Made by a program: the position numbers and the translations under genes. Below the pieces are notes generated by a model. The model ran no database searches. It was not told the origin of the DNA and was given only the letters and a program-made list of their open reading frames with translations. From a bacterium (lineage in GTDB: Bacteria > Bacillota > Clostridia > Lachnospirales > Lachnospiraceae), in assembly GCA_028724545.1 (NCBI GenBank), contig JAQYCU010000066.1, positions 417 through 64,416 of the forward strand: a stretch of 64,000 nt of DNA, given 5' to 3'. This document shows positions 39,273 through 47,586 of this stretch, piece by piece. The stretch's first letter is position 1. Each line of letters begins with the position of its first letter.

Positions 39273-39966
39273 AGTAGTTATTTTAGTTGTGGAAGATGAT
39301 GCAGCTATCCGGAATCTGATAATGACAACATTGAAGGCACATGAATATCATTATCTGACTGCAAACAACGGCGAAACTGCCATGCTGGAAGCGTCATCAC
39401 ACAATCCGGATATTATTCTGCTGGATTTGGGACTTCCTGATATGGATGGCGTGGAGGTTATTAAACGGATTCGCACATGGTCAAATATGCCTATTATTGT
39501 GATTAGTGCGCGAAATGAAGATACGGACAAAATCGAAGCACTGGATGCCGGGGCAGATGATTATCTGACAAAACCATTTTCGGTGGAAGAATTGCTGGCG
39601 CGTCTTCGTGTAACGCAGAGAAGATTAGCTTATATGCAAAGCAGTGTTCCGATGGAAAGAGAATTTATCAATGGGAATCTCAGGGTAGATTATAATGCAG
39701 GCTGTGCTTTTCTGGGAGAAGAGGAAATTCATCTGACACCGATAGAATACAAATTGTTGTGCCTGCTCTCTCAAAATGTCGGGAAAGTATTGACGCATAC
39801 TTACATCATACAGAAAATTTGGGGCAGTAATGGAGAAAATGATATTGCTTCCCTGCGTGTGTTTATGGCAACGCTGCGAAAGAAAATTGAGGCAGAGCCG
39901 GATTCGCCCCAGTATATACAGACACATATCGGGGTGGGATACCGGATGGTAAGAGTAAAAGAGTAA
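39265..39966 (+). CDS. KdpE-like OmpR-family response regulator
   Basis: 8-nt overlap with the kinase gene. Receiver motifs (VEDD, LLDLGLPDMDG, TKPF) plus winged helix (GVGYRM). Confidence 0.9.
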   Translation: MNKVVILVVEDDAAIRNLIMTTLKAHEYHYLTANNGETAMLEASSHNPDIILLDLGLPDMDGVEVIKRIRTWSNMPIIVISARNEDTDKIEALDAGADDYLTKPFSVEELLARLRVTQRRLAYMQSSVPMEREFINGNLRVDYNAGCAFLGEEEIHLTPIEYKLLCLLSQNVGKVLTHTYIIQKIWGSNGENDIASLRVFMATLRKKIEAEPDSPQYIQTHIGVGYRMVRVKE

Positions 39967-39974
39967 TAAAAAAA

Positions 39975-40048
39975 CGTCCCCGAGGTGATTTGAACACCCG
40001 ACCTACCGCTTAGGAGGCGGTTGCTCTATCCAGCTGAGCTACGGAGAC
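39975..40048 (-). tRNA. tRNA-Arg (anticodon CCU)
   Basis: Reverse complement is GTCTCCGTAGCTCAGCTGGATAGAGCAACCGCCTCCTAAGCGGTAGGTCGGGTGTTCAAATCACCTCGGGGACG. It folds as a cloverleaf with a 7-bp acceptor stem, anticodon loop CTCCTAA and T-loop TTCAAAT. No encoded CCA. Confidence 0.92.
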
Positions 40049-40247
40049 ATTTCTGATATAACATAGGCAATTCTACCATAATAAGTTTTTTTCGTCAACT
40101 AGACAGAAATCAATTTGGTCCGGTATAATCTTATAAAAAAAGAAAATGGCTGTGAAAAAAGTATAAAAATTCTTTCATAGCCTTTTCTTATCTGCCTTTT
40201 TCTGTTAGAGTATTCTAATATAGGGAAATTTAGAAATGAGGTGTACT

Positions 40248-41663
40248 ATGTCAGAAGAAATTAAAAATAATGAAAATGATTCCGAATATGAAGATGTGTG
40301 TTATATTTGCCGAAGACCGGAAAGCGTAGCCGGTAAGATGATTCATATTCCAAATAACATATGTATTTGTAATGACTGTATGCAGAAAACATTTGATTCG
40401 ATGGACAAAATGGGGCCTGTTATGGGAATGCCTTATATGGATATGTTTTCAAACGGACAGCAGCCACCGAATATGGAAGTTCCGAAAAATCAGCGTTTAA
40501 AGAAGAAAAAAGCAGAAAAGAAAGAAGCAAAGAAGAAACAGGCAGAGGGAATTTTTGATATACAGCATTTGCCTGCACCACATATTATAAAGGAAACACT
40601 GGATGAGCATGTCGTAGGACAGGAGCAGGCCAAGAAGGTTATGTCGGTTGCCGTTTACAACCATTATAAACGTGTGCTGACAGACAGCGAAGAAGATGAT
40701 GTGCAGATTGAGAAGTCTAATATGCTGATGATTGGACCAACCGGTTCCGGTAAGACATATATGGTTAAGACACTGGCAAGAATTTTGCAGGTGCCACTGG
40801 CAATTACCGATGCGACTTCACTTACAGAGGCCGGCTACATTGGTGATGATGTCGAAAGTGTCCTGTCGAAATTACTGGCAGCAGCTGACAATGATGTGGA
40901 GAAAGCGGAGCACGGTATTATTTTTATCGATGAAATTGATAAGATTGCCAAGAAGAGAAATACGAACAGCCGGGATGTGAGTGGTGAATCGGTACAGCAG
41001 GGTATGTTAAAACTGCTGGAAGGCAGTGACGTAGAAGTGCCTGTAGGAGCTACCAGCAAAAATGCAATGGTTCCGATGACAACAATCAATACAAAAAACA
41101 TTTTGTTTATCTGTGGTGGTGCATTTCCAGAGCTGGAGGCTGTTATCAAAAGACGTTTGACAAAACAGTCTTCCATCGGTTTTAATGCTCAGCTTGGAGA
41201 TGAATATGATAAAGATGAAAATATTTTGCAGAAAGTCACGACGGAGGATTTGCGCGAATTTGGTATGATACCGGAATTTCTGGGACGTCTGCCGGTTATC
41301 TTTACGCTGCAGGCAATGACGCAGGAGATGTTAGAAAAAGTTCTGACGCAGCCGAAAAATGCGATTATCAAGCAGTATCAGAAACTTCTGGCACTGGATG
41401 AAGTGGATTTGCAGTTTGATGACGAAGCCATTGCAGCCATTGCGAAAAAGGCAGCAGAGAAGAAAACGGGTGCCAGAGCCCTTCGTGCGATTATTGAAGA
41501 GTTTATGCTGGATATTATGTATGAAATTCCAAAAGATGATTTAATTGGAAGAGTGACGATTACGAAAGATTATATCGAAAACAGTGGTGCGCCACGGATT
41601 GAAATGCGTGGAAGTGGTGAGGCAAAACTGCTGACACAGCGCGAAGAGTTTTCGGAGGAATAA
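40248..41663 (+). CDS. clpX: ATP-dependent Clp protease ATP-binding subunit ClpX
   Basis: ORF 40236..41663, with ATG 40248 behind GAGGTG. Zinc ribbon CYIC...CNDC, Walker A GPTGSGKT, pore loop GYIG, IGF loop SSIGF. The linker after the zinc domain is long and Lys-rich. Confidence 0.93.
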   Translation: MSEEIKNNENDSEYEDVCYICRRPESVAGKMIHIPNNICICNDCMQKTFDSMDKMGPVMGMPYMDMFSNGQQPPNMEVPKNQRLKKKKAEKKEAKKKQAEGIFDIQHLPAPHIIKETLDEHVVGQEQAKKVMSVAVYNHYKRVLTDSEEDDVQIEKSNMLMIGPTGSGKTYMVKTLARILQVPLAITDATSLTEAGYIGDDVESVLSKLLAAADNDVEKAEHGIIFIDEIDKIAKKRNTNSRDVSGESVQQGMLKLLEGSDVEVPVGATSKNAMVPMTTINTKNILFICGGAFPELEAVIKRRLTKQSSIGFNAQLGDEYDKDENILQKVTTEDLREFGMIPEFLGRLPVIFTLQAMTQEMLEKVLTQPKNAIIKQYQKLLALDEVDLQFDDEAIAAIAKKAAEKKTGARALRAIIEEFMLDIMYEIPKDDLIGRVTITKDYIENSGAPRIEMRGSGEAKLLTQREEFSEE

Positions 41664-41749
41664 GAACTTTTAGAAGAGAATACGAGTTTTTAGAACAATA
41701 AACAAAAAATAAAAGAGTGACGTAATAAGAATAAAATTCGGAAAAATAT

Positions 41750-41857
41750 ATACCGACTTCCAAACGTCAGACGAAGAAATGCAGTTATTTTCCTTAACGG
41801 GTAATCCGTGAGGAGGGAGCATAGCAAAAAAGTCTGATAACGGAAGCCGGTATTTTT
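41750..41857 (+). terminator. Multi-stem structured element ending in a T-run (complex clpX terminator or unknown small RNA)
   Basis: Outer stem ataccgacttcc / ggaagccggtat (11 of 12 pairs). Inner stems: gtcagac / gtctgat, uccuu / gagga, and hairpin acgg-gtaat-ccgt. Ends in ttttt. Confidence 0.4.
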
Positions 41858-41919
41858 GTGTTGTGAAATCTTTTTTTGCATATAATAGTAGGAAATAATT
41901 TTTCAATAAAGGAAATTTT

Positions 41920-43668
41920 ATGCCTGAAAACTGCACGGAACAAGTCTATTCAGAAGCATATCTGGACTATCTGGTGGAATATTTCCAGCAGGCAGCAGAT
42001 GAAACACTGGGCGAAAATTGCTATCATATTGCATCCAACCGTTTTGCTGTTCTTTACGAACCGGGAACAGAGTATACCATAGGGGAACTTTCGGGAATCA
42101 AAGTGATTCCGAGATGCTATGGGCTGCTTTCTTCTTCAGAAGTGCTGGAAAATGCCGGTATTTCTAGGGTGCAAAGGCAACCCGGACTCAATCTCTACGG
42201 ACAGGGAATTTTAGTCGGATTTGTAGATACCGGAATCGATTATTCCCATCCGGCTTTTATTGACGGTGCGGGGCAAAGCCGTATTGTCAGCATATGGGAC
42301 CAGACGGTGCAGACGTTGCAGCCGGGGGTAACTTCTCCGGAGGAATTTTATTATGGTGCAGAATATACACAGGAAATGATAAACCGGGCATTGGAAAGCG
42401 AAACGCCGTTAGAGATTGTGCCAAGCAGGGATACGAACGGGCACGGGACATTTCTTGCCGGAGCTGCTGCTGGAAATGTGGCAGAAGAAGAGGAGTTTTC
42501 GGGAGTTGCCCCCTTAGCAAAGATTTGTGTTGTCAAATGCAAAGAAGCAAAGCAAAATTTGAAAGATTACTATTTTATTGATGTTAAAGAGCCGTGTTAT
42601 GCAGAAAGCGACATTATGCTGGGGATTCGTTATTTGTGGATTCAGGCTGAGAAAAGAAAACTGCCACTGGTCGTCTGTCTTGGTATGGGAACGAATCAGG
42701 GTGGTCATATTCACGGTGGCATACTGGGGGATTTCCTGGCAAATCTGGGAAATTACAGAGGAGCTTTTATTACCGTGGCAGGAGGAAATGAGGCGAATAC
42801 GTCGCATCACTATAAAAACGAAAGCTTTGACGGACAGGAAAGCGTGGAGGCAGAACTGCGTGTAGAGGAGCGTGAAACGGGATTTACGATAGAACTCTGG
42901 TCGGATGCGACAGAACTGTATTCGGTGGCACTTATTTCGCCGGACGGGGAATATACCGGGAAATTGCAGGCGAGGCTGGGGGAAACGCGAAAAATACAAT
43001 TTTTGTTTGGAAATACTGTAGTTTATGTAGAATATCTGCTAGTTTCGTATGAAGATGGGGATGAATGCATCCGGCTGCGCTTCCAAAATCCGGTTGCCGG
43101 TGTGTGGAGAATCCGTGTTTTTCGGGAAAATATCGTTTCCGGACGGTTTGATATGTGGCTTCCTATTAAAAATTTTGTGTCCGACGGAACTTATTTTTTA
43201 CGGGCAGACCCGGATACAACATTATGTGAGCCGTCTAATAACGGGGGAATTATAACGTGTTCTTTTTATGATTCCAGCAACCGGAGTGTGGCAATAGAGT
43301 CGGGAAGGGGATTTACGAGAGATAATTCCATCAAGCCGGATTTTGCTGCTCCGGGCGTAAATGTATTCGGCCCTCTTCCTTTTATCGGAACATATCCGGT
43401 CACCGGGCAGGAAAGAAAAGACAAGGCAAGATATGGCTATCGGAGTGGTGCAAGTATGGCAGCAGCGATTACTGCTGGGGCAGTGGCATTACTGGCAGAA
43501 TGGGCACTTGTGCAGAGAAATGATTTGTCGATGGATACGGTAAAGGCAAAAAAATATTTTATACGAGGTGCAGACCGTAGTGGAATAACGGTGCCAAGTA
43601 CAATTTGGGGGAATGGAACATTAGATTTATACGGTATATTTGACAGCCTGCGCCCCACGCTTCGTTAA
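41920..43668 (+). CDS. S8 subtilisin-like serine protease, Csp (germination protease)-like
   Basis: Catalytic Asp in GFVDTGIDYSHPAF, His in HGTFLAGAAAG, Ser in GASMAAAITAG. The motif RIVSIWDQT and the ~580 aa size resemble clostridial CspA/B/C. No signal peptide. Confidence 0.75.
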   Translation: MPENCTEQVYSEAYLDYLVEYFQQAADETLGENCYHIASNRFAVLYEPGTEYTIGELSGIKVIPRCYGLLSSSEVLENAGISRVQRQPGLNLYGQGILVGFVDTGIDYSHPAFIDGAGQSRIVSIWDQTVQTLQPGVTSPEEFYYGAEYTQEMINRALESETPLEIVPSRDTNGHGTFLAGAAAGNVAEEEEFSGVAPLAKICVVKCKEAKQNLKDYYFIDVKEPCYAESDIMLGIRYLWIQAEKRKLPLVVCLGMGTNQGGHIHGGILGDFLANLGNYRGAFITVAGGNEANTSHHYKNESFDGQESVEAELRVEERETGFTIELWSDATELYSVALISPDGEYTGKLQARLGETRKIQFLFGNTVVYVEYLLVSYEDGDECIRLRFQNPVAGVWRIRVFRENIVSGRFDMWLPIKNFVSDGTYFLRADPDTTLCEPSNNGGIITCSFYDSSNRSVAIESGRGFTRDNSIKPDFAAPGVNVFGPLPFIGTYPVTGQERKDKARYGYRSGASMAAAITAGAVALLAEWALVQRNDLSMDTVKAKKYFIRGADRSGITVPSTIWGNGTLDLYGIFDSLRPTLR

Positions 43669-43741
43669 ATACAGTGTTCTCGCGTTTTCACTGTAAGGTG
43701 TGTAGTTTGTCAAACGGGCAGTGCGATATTTGTTTTGCAAG

Positions 43742-43972
43742 TTAGAGGATGGTGCTTTTTTGCTCTTCCAGTGATTTGTAATCGCGCAAAATGACCTGAT
43801 AGCGCAGGTTGGCAGCATTCATTTCATAAATATAGCTGTCAATCAGTTCAGGCTCTTTTACGTTGGAAAGGCCGTCGTAGGCATCCTGCAGACTGCGCTG
43901 TGCCTCTATCAGTGCCTTTTTTAGAAAAACTTCCTTTTTGGGAGTTTTTTCTTTTTTGCAGATAATTTTCAT
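43742..43972 (-). CDS. yaaL: YaaL-like DUF2508 protein
   Basis: 76 aa starting at ATG 43972 behind GAAAGGAAGG. Contains PELIDSYIYEMNAANLRYQVILRDYK, typical of DUF2508. The longer 174-aa ORF was rejected. Confidence 0.75.
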   Translation of the reverse strand: MKIICKKEKTPKKEVFLKKALIEAQRSLQDAYDGLSNVKEPELIDSYIYEMNAANLRYQVILRDYKSLEEQKSTIL

Positions 43973-44150
43973 AGCTAGTCCTTCCTTTCTGCTATTTGAT
44001 AATAAAACGCTGTTTGCCTCTGGCAAAAACATTGCTGACAAATGTTGCAATGGTATGGTGCATATCAAGAAATGAAAAATCTTGTTGTAAATCTGGTTCT
44101 TACTATAAGTATAGACGCAAATTCCAAATTTATGCAGAAGTGAGGAAAAT

Positions 44151-44348
44151 AGAAAAAGAAGATGGCATATTTTATGTTCGTGTAGAAACAAGGGAAATGG
44201 GAAAAGAAGATGGCATATTTTATGTTCGCGCAGAATCAAGGGAAATGGGAAAAAAGAAGGTGGCATATTTTATGTTCACGTAGAAACAAGGGAAATGGAA
44301 AAAAAGAAGGTGGCACATTTATGTTCGTGCAGAAACAAAAAAGGAATG
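44151..44348. repeat. Intergenic tandem repeat, 48-50-bp unit, 4 copies plus a partial one upstream
   Basis: The four units are 44151-44200, 44201-44248, 44249-44298 and 44299-44348. Consensus is GAAAAGAAGrTGGCATATTTTATGTTCGyGyAGAAACAAGGGAAATGG. The array lies between divergent yaaL and bofA. Confidence 0.9.
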
Positions 44349-44416
44349 AAAAAATGAAATACAGCATAGTTTTATAAAAAATGCTTGTCACAGTGCAAGG
44401 ATGAAAGGGGCAAACG

Positions 44417-44689
44417 TTGGAAAATACCATTTTTATTGTGTTGTTTATAGGTGGATTTTTGGTTTTTCTTTCTTCAATGGGTGTGGATGTCATCCAGCTG
44501 CTTTTTAAAATCGGTGTCAGATGCCTGTCAGGCACGATAATTATTTATGTTGTGAATTTGGCACTCTCTTATTTTGGTGGAAATTTGTCCGTTACAATTA
44601 ACGAAATTTCAATTGGCGTTTCGGGAATTTTTGGTATTTGGGGCGTGTTTTTTTTGTATGCGTTACAGTACTATTTTACAATTGTCTAG
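44417..44689 (+). CDS. bofA: BofA-family pro-sigma-K processing inhibitor
   Basis: 90 aa with a TTG start 6 nt after AAAGGGG. Two or three TM segments. C-terminal NLSVTINEISIGVSGIFGIWGVFFL matches the BofA signature region. Confidence 0.75.
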   Translation: MENTIFIVLFIGGFLVFLSSMGVDVIQLLFKIGVRCLSGTIIIYVVNLALSYFGGNLSVTINEISIGVSGIFGIWGVFFLYALQYYFTIV

Positions 44690-44726
44690 TCAAAATTTTA
44701 TGAAATAGTACCAAAAAGCAGTGGTG

Positions 44727-44755
44727 TTGACAGCGAAAAATTCGTTTGCTATATT
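44727..44755 (+). promoter_or_regulatory. Sigma-A-like promoter of the Tad/Flp operon
   Basis: TTGACA (44727-44732), 17-nt spacer, TATATT (44750-44755). Confidence 0.6.
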
Positions 44756-44825
44756 GGCGACACCCGCTCAGGATGGTGTGCAAATCATTTTGTGTGGAGT
44801 CTGTATATCGTGGAGGTGTCGCAGG

Positions 44826-45341
44826 ATGAAAGAAGTTTTAACAGCAGGATTGCTTCTGGCAGCAACAGGGTATGACGTGACCAGAAGGAAGATTCCGAAT
44901 GGTCTGCTGGGGATTGGGGCAATAGCAGGATTGCTGGTCACACTGTACGAGTGTGGTGTTGTGCAAATGGGAGAGTGCATTATCAGATGTATCGTTATTG
45001 TCGCGATTTGCTGGCCGCTATTTTTGCTGCGAGCCATTGGTGCAGGAGATATTAAACTGCTTGGAATTATTGGAGGAATGCACAGCACGTCGTTTTTCCT
45101 TAATGTAGTTCTTGTGTTTCTGACACTGAGTGGCATTGGTGCATTTTGTCTGTTATGCAAAAACGGTTTGTTTTCCAAAAGGATGCGTTATGCGTTTTCT
45201 TACTTCACAACAGGAAGAATGGATAAGAGATTGTATTACGACAAACGGATTGACGGAACCGAAATGACAATGATTCTTACACCGTATTTGCTGGCTGCGT
45301 ATCTTCTTGCTATGGCAGGAAGGTGGTGTGGTTTATGGTAA
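44826..45341 (+). CDS. A24-family prepilin peptidase (TadV/CpaA-like, no methyltransferase domain), copy 1
   Basis: ORF 44721..45341, with ATG 44826 behind GGAGG. Both catalytic Asp contexts are present: YDVTRRKIPN and GAGDIKLLG. Confidence 0.85.
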   Translation: MKEVLTAGLLLAATGYDVTRRKIPNGLLGIGAIAGLLVTLYECGVVQMGECIIRCIVIVAICWPLFLLRAIGAGDIKLLGIIGGMHSTSFFLNVVLVFLTLSGIGAFCLLCKNGLFSKRMRYAFSYFTTGRMDKRLYYDKRIDGTEMTMILTPYLLAAYLLAMAGRWCGLW

Positions 45342-46276
45342 AGAAAATCAGGTTTGCCCTGTATGATAAGTCTGGTTATATGTCACGATTGATTCTGTAT
45401 TTGTGCAAAAAGAATTACCAGATGATAGAGAGCAGATTATTTACCAGTCTGGAACTTCTAAAAGACTGTGCCGGTAAAGGCGAGGTTGATGTTCTTCTGG
45501 CCGGCGAAGAAGTGTTGGAAGAAGTTATGGAGCTGGAAGATGTTATTCCACAGATTATGCTGCTGTCAGAGGGGGAAATGCTGCGTGAAGAGTCGAAGTA
45601 TCCGTTGGTTTTTAAGTATCAGCCGGTACCGGATATTATTAGAGAAGTTCTGTCAGAAGTGGCAGATAATGACAATATTTATTACACACAGCAGAATTAC
45701 CGTAAGAGTACAGCAGAACTAATAGGGGTTTATGCGCCTTTTGGTGGAGGTGGCGTAACGGAAACGGCACTTGATTTGACGAAAAAAACAGCAAAACAGC
45801 GTAGGACATTATATGTGAATCTGGAACTCTTTCAGGGATTGGATTTTCTTTTTACAAAAGAGAAAGGGAAGGAAAAAGCAGATATGCCGTGCAGGGGGAT
45901 GTCAGAAGTTATCTTTTATTTGAAGCAGAGAAAAGAAAAACTGGCATTAAAACTGGAATCCCTTATTTTTGAAACGGAAGAAATCGAGGGGATTGCAACG
46001 GTGGAAGATTACCGGGATATCTATCAGATGCAAACAGAAGATATGCAGTATTTTCTAAATGTGTTAACGAATCAGACGGAATATGAAAAAGTGATTTTTG
46101 ATATTGGCTTTTTTAATGAAACGGCGTTATACCTGATGACGCAATGCGAGAAAATTCTGATGCCACAGGCTGTTACCCGGATACAGCAGTCGAAGGAAAG
46201 TGCTTTCCGGCGTTTGCTGCTTCGCGAAAACTGTGGACAGACAGAGCAGAATATACAGATAGTGCAATCTGTTTAA
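45335..46276 (+). CDS. TadZ/CpaE-like protein: receiver-like N-domain plus a ParA/MinD-like domain with a degenerate Walker A
   Basis: ATGGTAA overlap with the preceding gene. The position is typical for tadZ. The P-loop position reads VYAPFGGGGVTETA (no Lys, no Ser/Thr pair). The N-terminus has VDVLLAGEE in place of a phospho-acceptor pocket. Confidence 0.6.
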   Translation: MVKKIRFALYDKSGYMSRLILYLCKKNYQMIESRLFTSLELLKDCAGKGEVDVLLAGEEVLEEVMELEDVIPQIMLLSEGEMLREESKYPLVFKYQPVPDIIREVLSEVADNDNIYYTQQNYRKSTAELIGVYAPFGGGGVTETALDLTKKTAKQRRTLYVNLELFQGLDFLFTKEKGKEKADMPCRGMSEVIFYLKQRKEKLALKLESLIFETEEIEGIATVEDYRDIYQMQTEDMQYFLNVLTNQTEYEKVIFDIGFFNETALYLMTQCEKILMPQAVTRIQQSKESAFRRLLLRENCGQTEQNIQIVQSV

Positions 46277-47556
46277 TGGAGAACTATCTGAGGAAAACGG
46301 AGAAAGGGAGTGTATGGGTGACCGAGGAAGTACAAAAGAAATGTCAGAAGATACAGGAAGAAGTAATACGGGAAATTGATTTACAGGGAAAAGTGGAAGA
46401 TGAAGCGATTTGGGAATGTATCGAAGAATGTGTACTAAAAATGGGACACACGATTTATCTTTCAGCAAAGGAAAAAGATGAGATGATTCGCACGGTTTTT
46501 AATTCTATCAGAAGATGGGATGTGTTGCAGGAAATATTAGAGGATAACAGTATTACCGAGGTAATGGTAAATGGACCAGACCACATCTTTATAGAACGGG
46601 ATGGAAAAATCAGTCCGTATCCACATTCTTTTTCCAGCAGGGAGAAGTTAGAAGATATTGTACAGCAGATTGTCGCAGGGGCAAACAGAAGAGTAAATGA
46701 AGCTGACCCGATTGCAGATGTGCGTCTTATGGATGGCTCAAGAGTAAATATTGTTTTGCCACCAATTGCTTTAGAAGGACCGGTGGTGACGATTCGTAAA
46801 TTTCCCAGTCAGCCAATCGGAATGGAAAAATTAATCGAAATCGGCTCGGTTTCTAAAGAAGCAGCATCTTTTCTGCAGTGTCTTGTCCGGGCAAAATATA
46901 ACATATTCATTAGTGGTGGAACAGGAAGTGGAAAAACAACTTTTTTAAATGCGTTATCGGATTATATTCCACCAGAAGAGAGGATTATTACGATAGAAGA
47001 TGCTGCAGAGTTACAAATTTGCAATATTCCGAATCTGGTACGGCTGGAAGTGCGAAATGCCAATCTGGAAGGAAAGCATGCGATTACGATAAGGGATTTG
47101 ATGAAATCAGCTTTGCGTATGCGGCCGGACAGAATAATCTTAGGGGAAGTCAGGGATGCTGCAGCCTGTGAACTGTTGAACGTAATGAATACAGGTCATG
47201 ATGGAAGTCTTTGTACGGGACATGCCAACAGTCCGTCTGATATGCTGAACCGTTTAGAAACATTAGTTTTGACGGGAATGGACATCCCTCTGATGGCAAT
47301 TCGGAATCAGATTGCGTCAGCGCTTGATATTGTTGTCCAATTGGGAAGATTGCGTGACAAGTCACGGAAGGTGCTGGAAATTGATGAAGTTATGGGGATA
47401 AAAGACGGCGAAGTTTTGCTGGTGCCACTGTACCGGTTTGAAGAATCAGGCAATGAGAAAGCGATTGTAAAAGGCAGTCTGAAACCTACGGGACACACTT
47501 TGGCACATCGTGAAAAATTGCAGGCAGCCGGAATCGAATTACCGGAAGGGCTGTAG
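46276..47556 (+). CDS. tadA: CpaF/TadA-family secretion ATPase
   Basis: TAATG overlap with the preceding gene. Walker A GGTGSGKTT, Walker B DRIILGEVRD, His-box GHDGSLCTGHANS. Confidence 0.93.
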   Translation: MENYLRKTEKGSVWVTEEVQKKCQKIQEEVIREIDLQGKVEDEAIWECIEECVLKMGHTIYLSAKEKDEMIRTVFNSIRRWDVLQEILEDNSITEVMVNGPDHIFIERDGKISPYPHSFSSREKLEDIVQQIVAGANRRVNEADPIADVRLMDGSRVNIVLPPIALEGPVVTIRKFPSQPIGMEKLIEIGSVSKEAASFLQCLVRAKYNIFISGGTGSGKTTFLNALSDYIPPEERIITIEDAAELQICNIPNLVRLEVRNANLEGKHAITIRDLMKSALRMRPDRIILGEVRDAAACELLNVMNTGHDGSLCTGHANSPSDMLNRLETLVLTGMDIPLMAIRNQIASALDIVVQLGRLRDKSRKVLEIDEVMGIKDGEVLLVPLYRFEESGNEKAIVKGSLKPTGHTLAHREKLQAAGIELPEGL

Positions 47557-47586
47557 TAACGGGAGAAAGCAGGAAGGAAGTAGTTT

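Noticed and set aside
41750-41857. SRP (4.5S/scRNA) RNA
   Set aside because: GTCAGAC...AGCA superficially recalls helix 8. The GGAA tetraloop helix and the conserved symmetric and asymmetric loops are absent.
43973-44266. N-terminal extension of yaaL to a 174-aa ORF reading through the tandem repeats (FPFPL.LREHKICHLLF repeats)
   Set aside because: A strong SD precedes the internal ATG at 43972. DUF2508 proteins are ~75 aa. The repeat units differ in length by non-multiples of 3.
44151-44348. CRISPR array
   Set aside because: The units are directly contiguous without spacers, the unit length varies, and there are no cas genes in the window.
44756-44825. c-di-GMP riboswitch (class I or II) in the Tad leader
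   Set aside because: The leader is too short (about 70 nt), and none of the conserved GEMM-type elements that I remember are present. I kept only the generic SD-sequestering helix.
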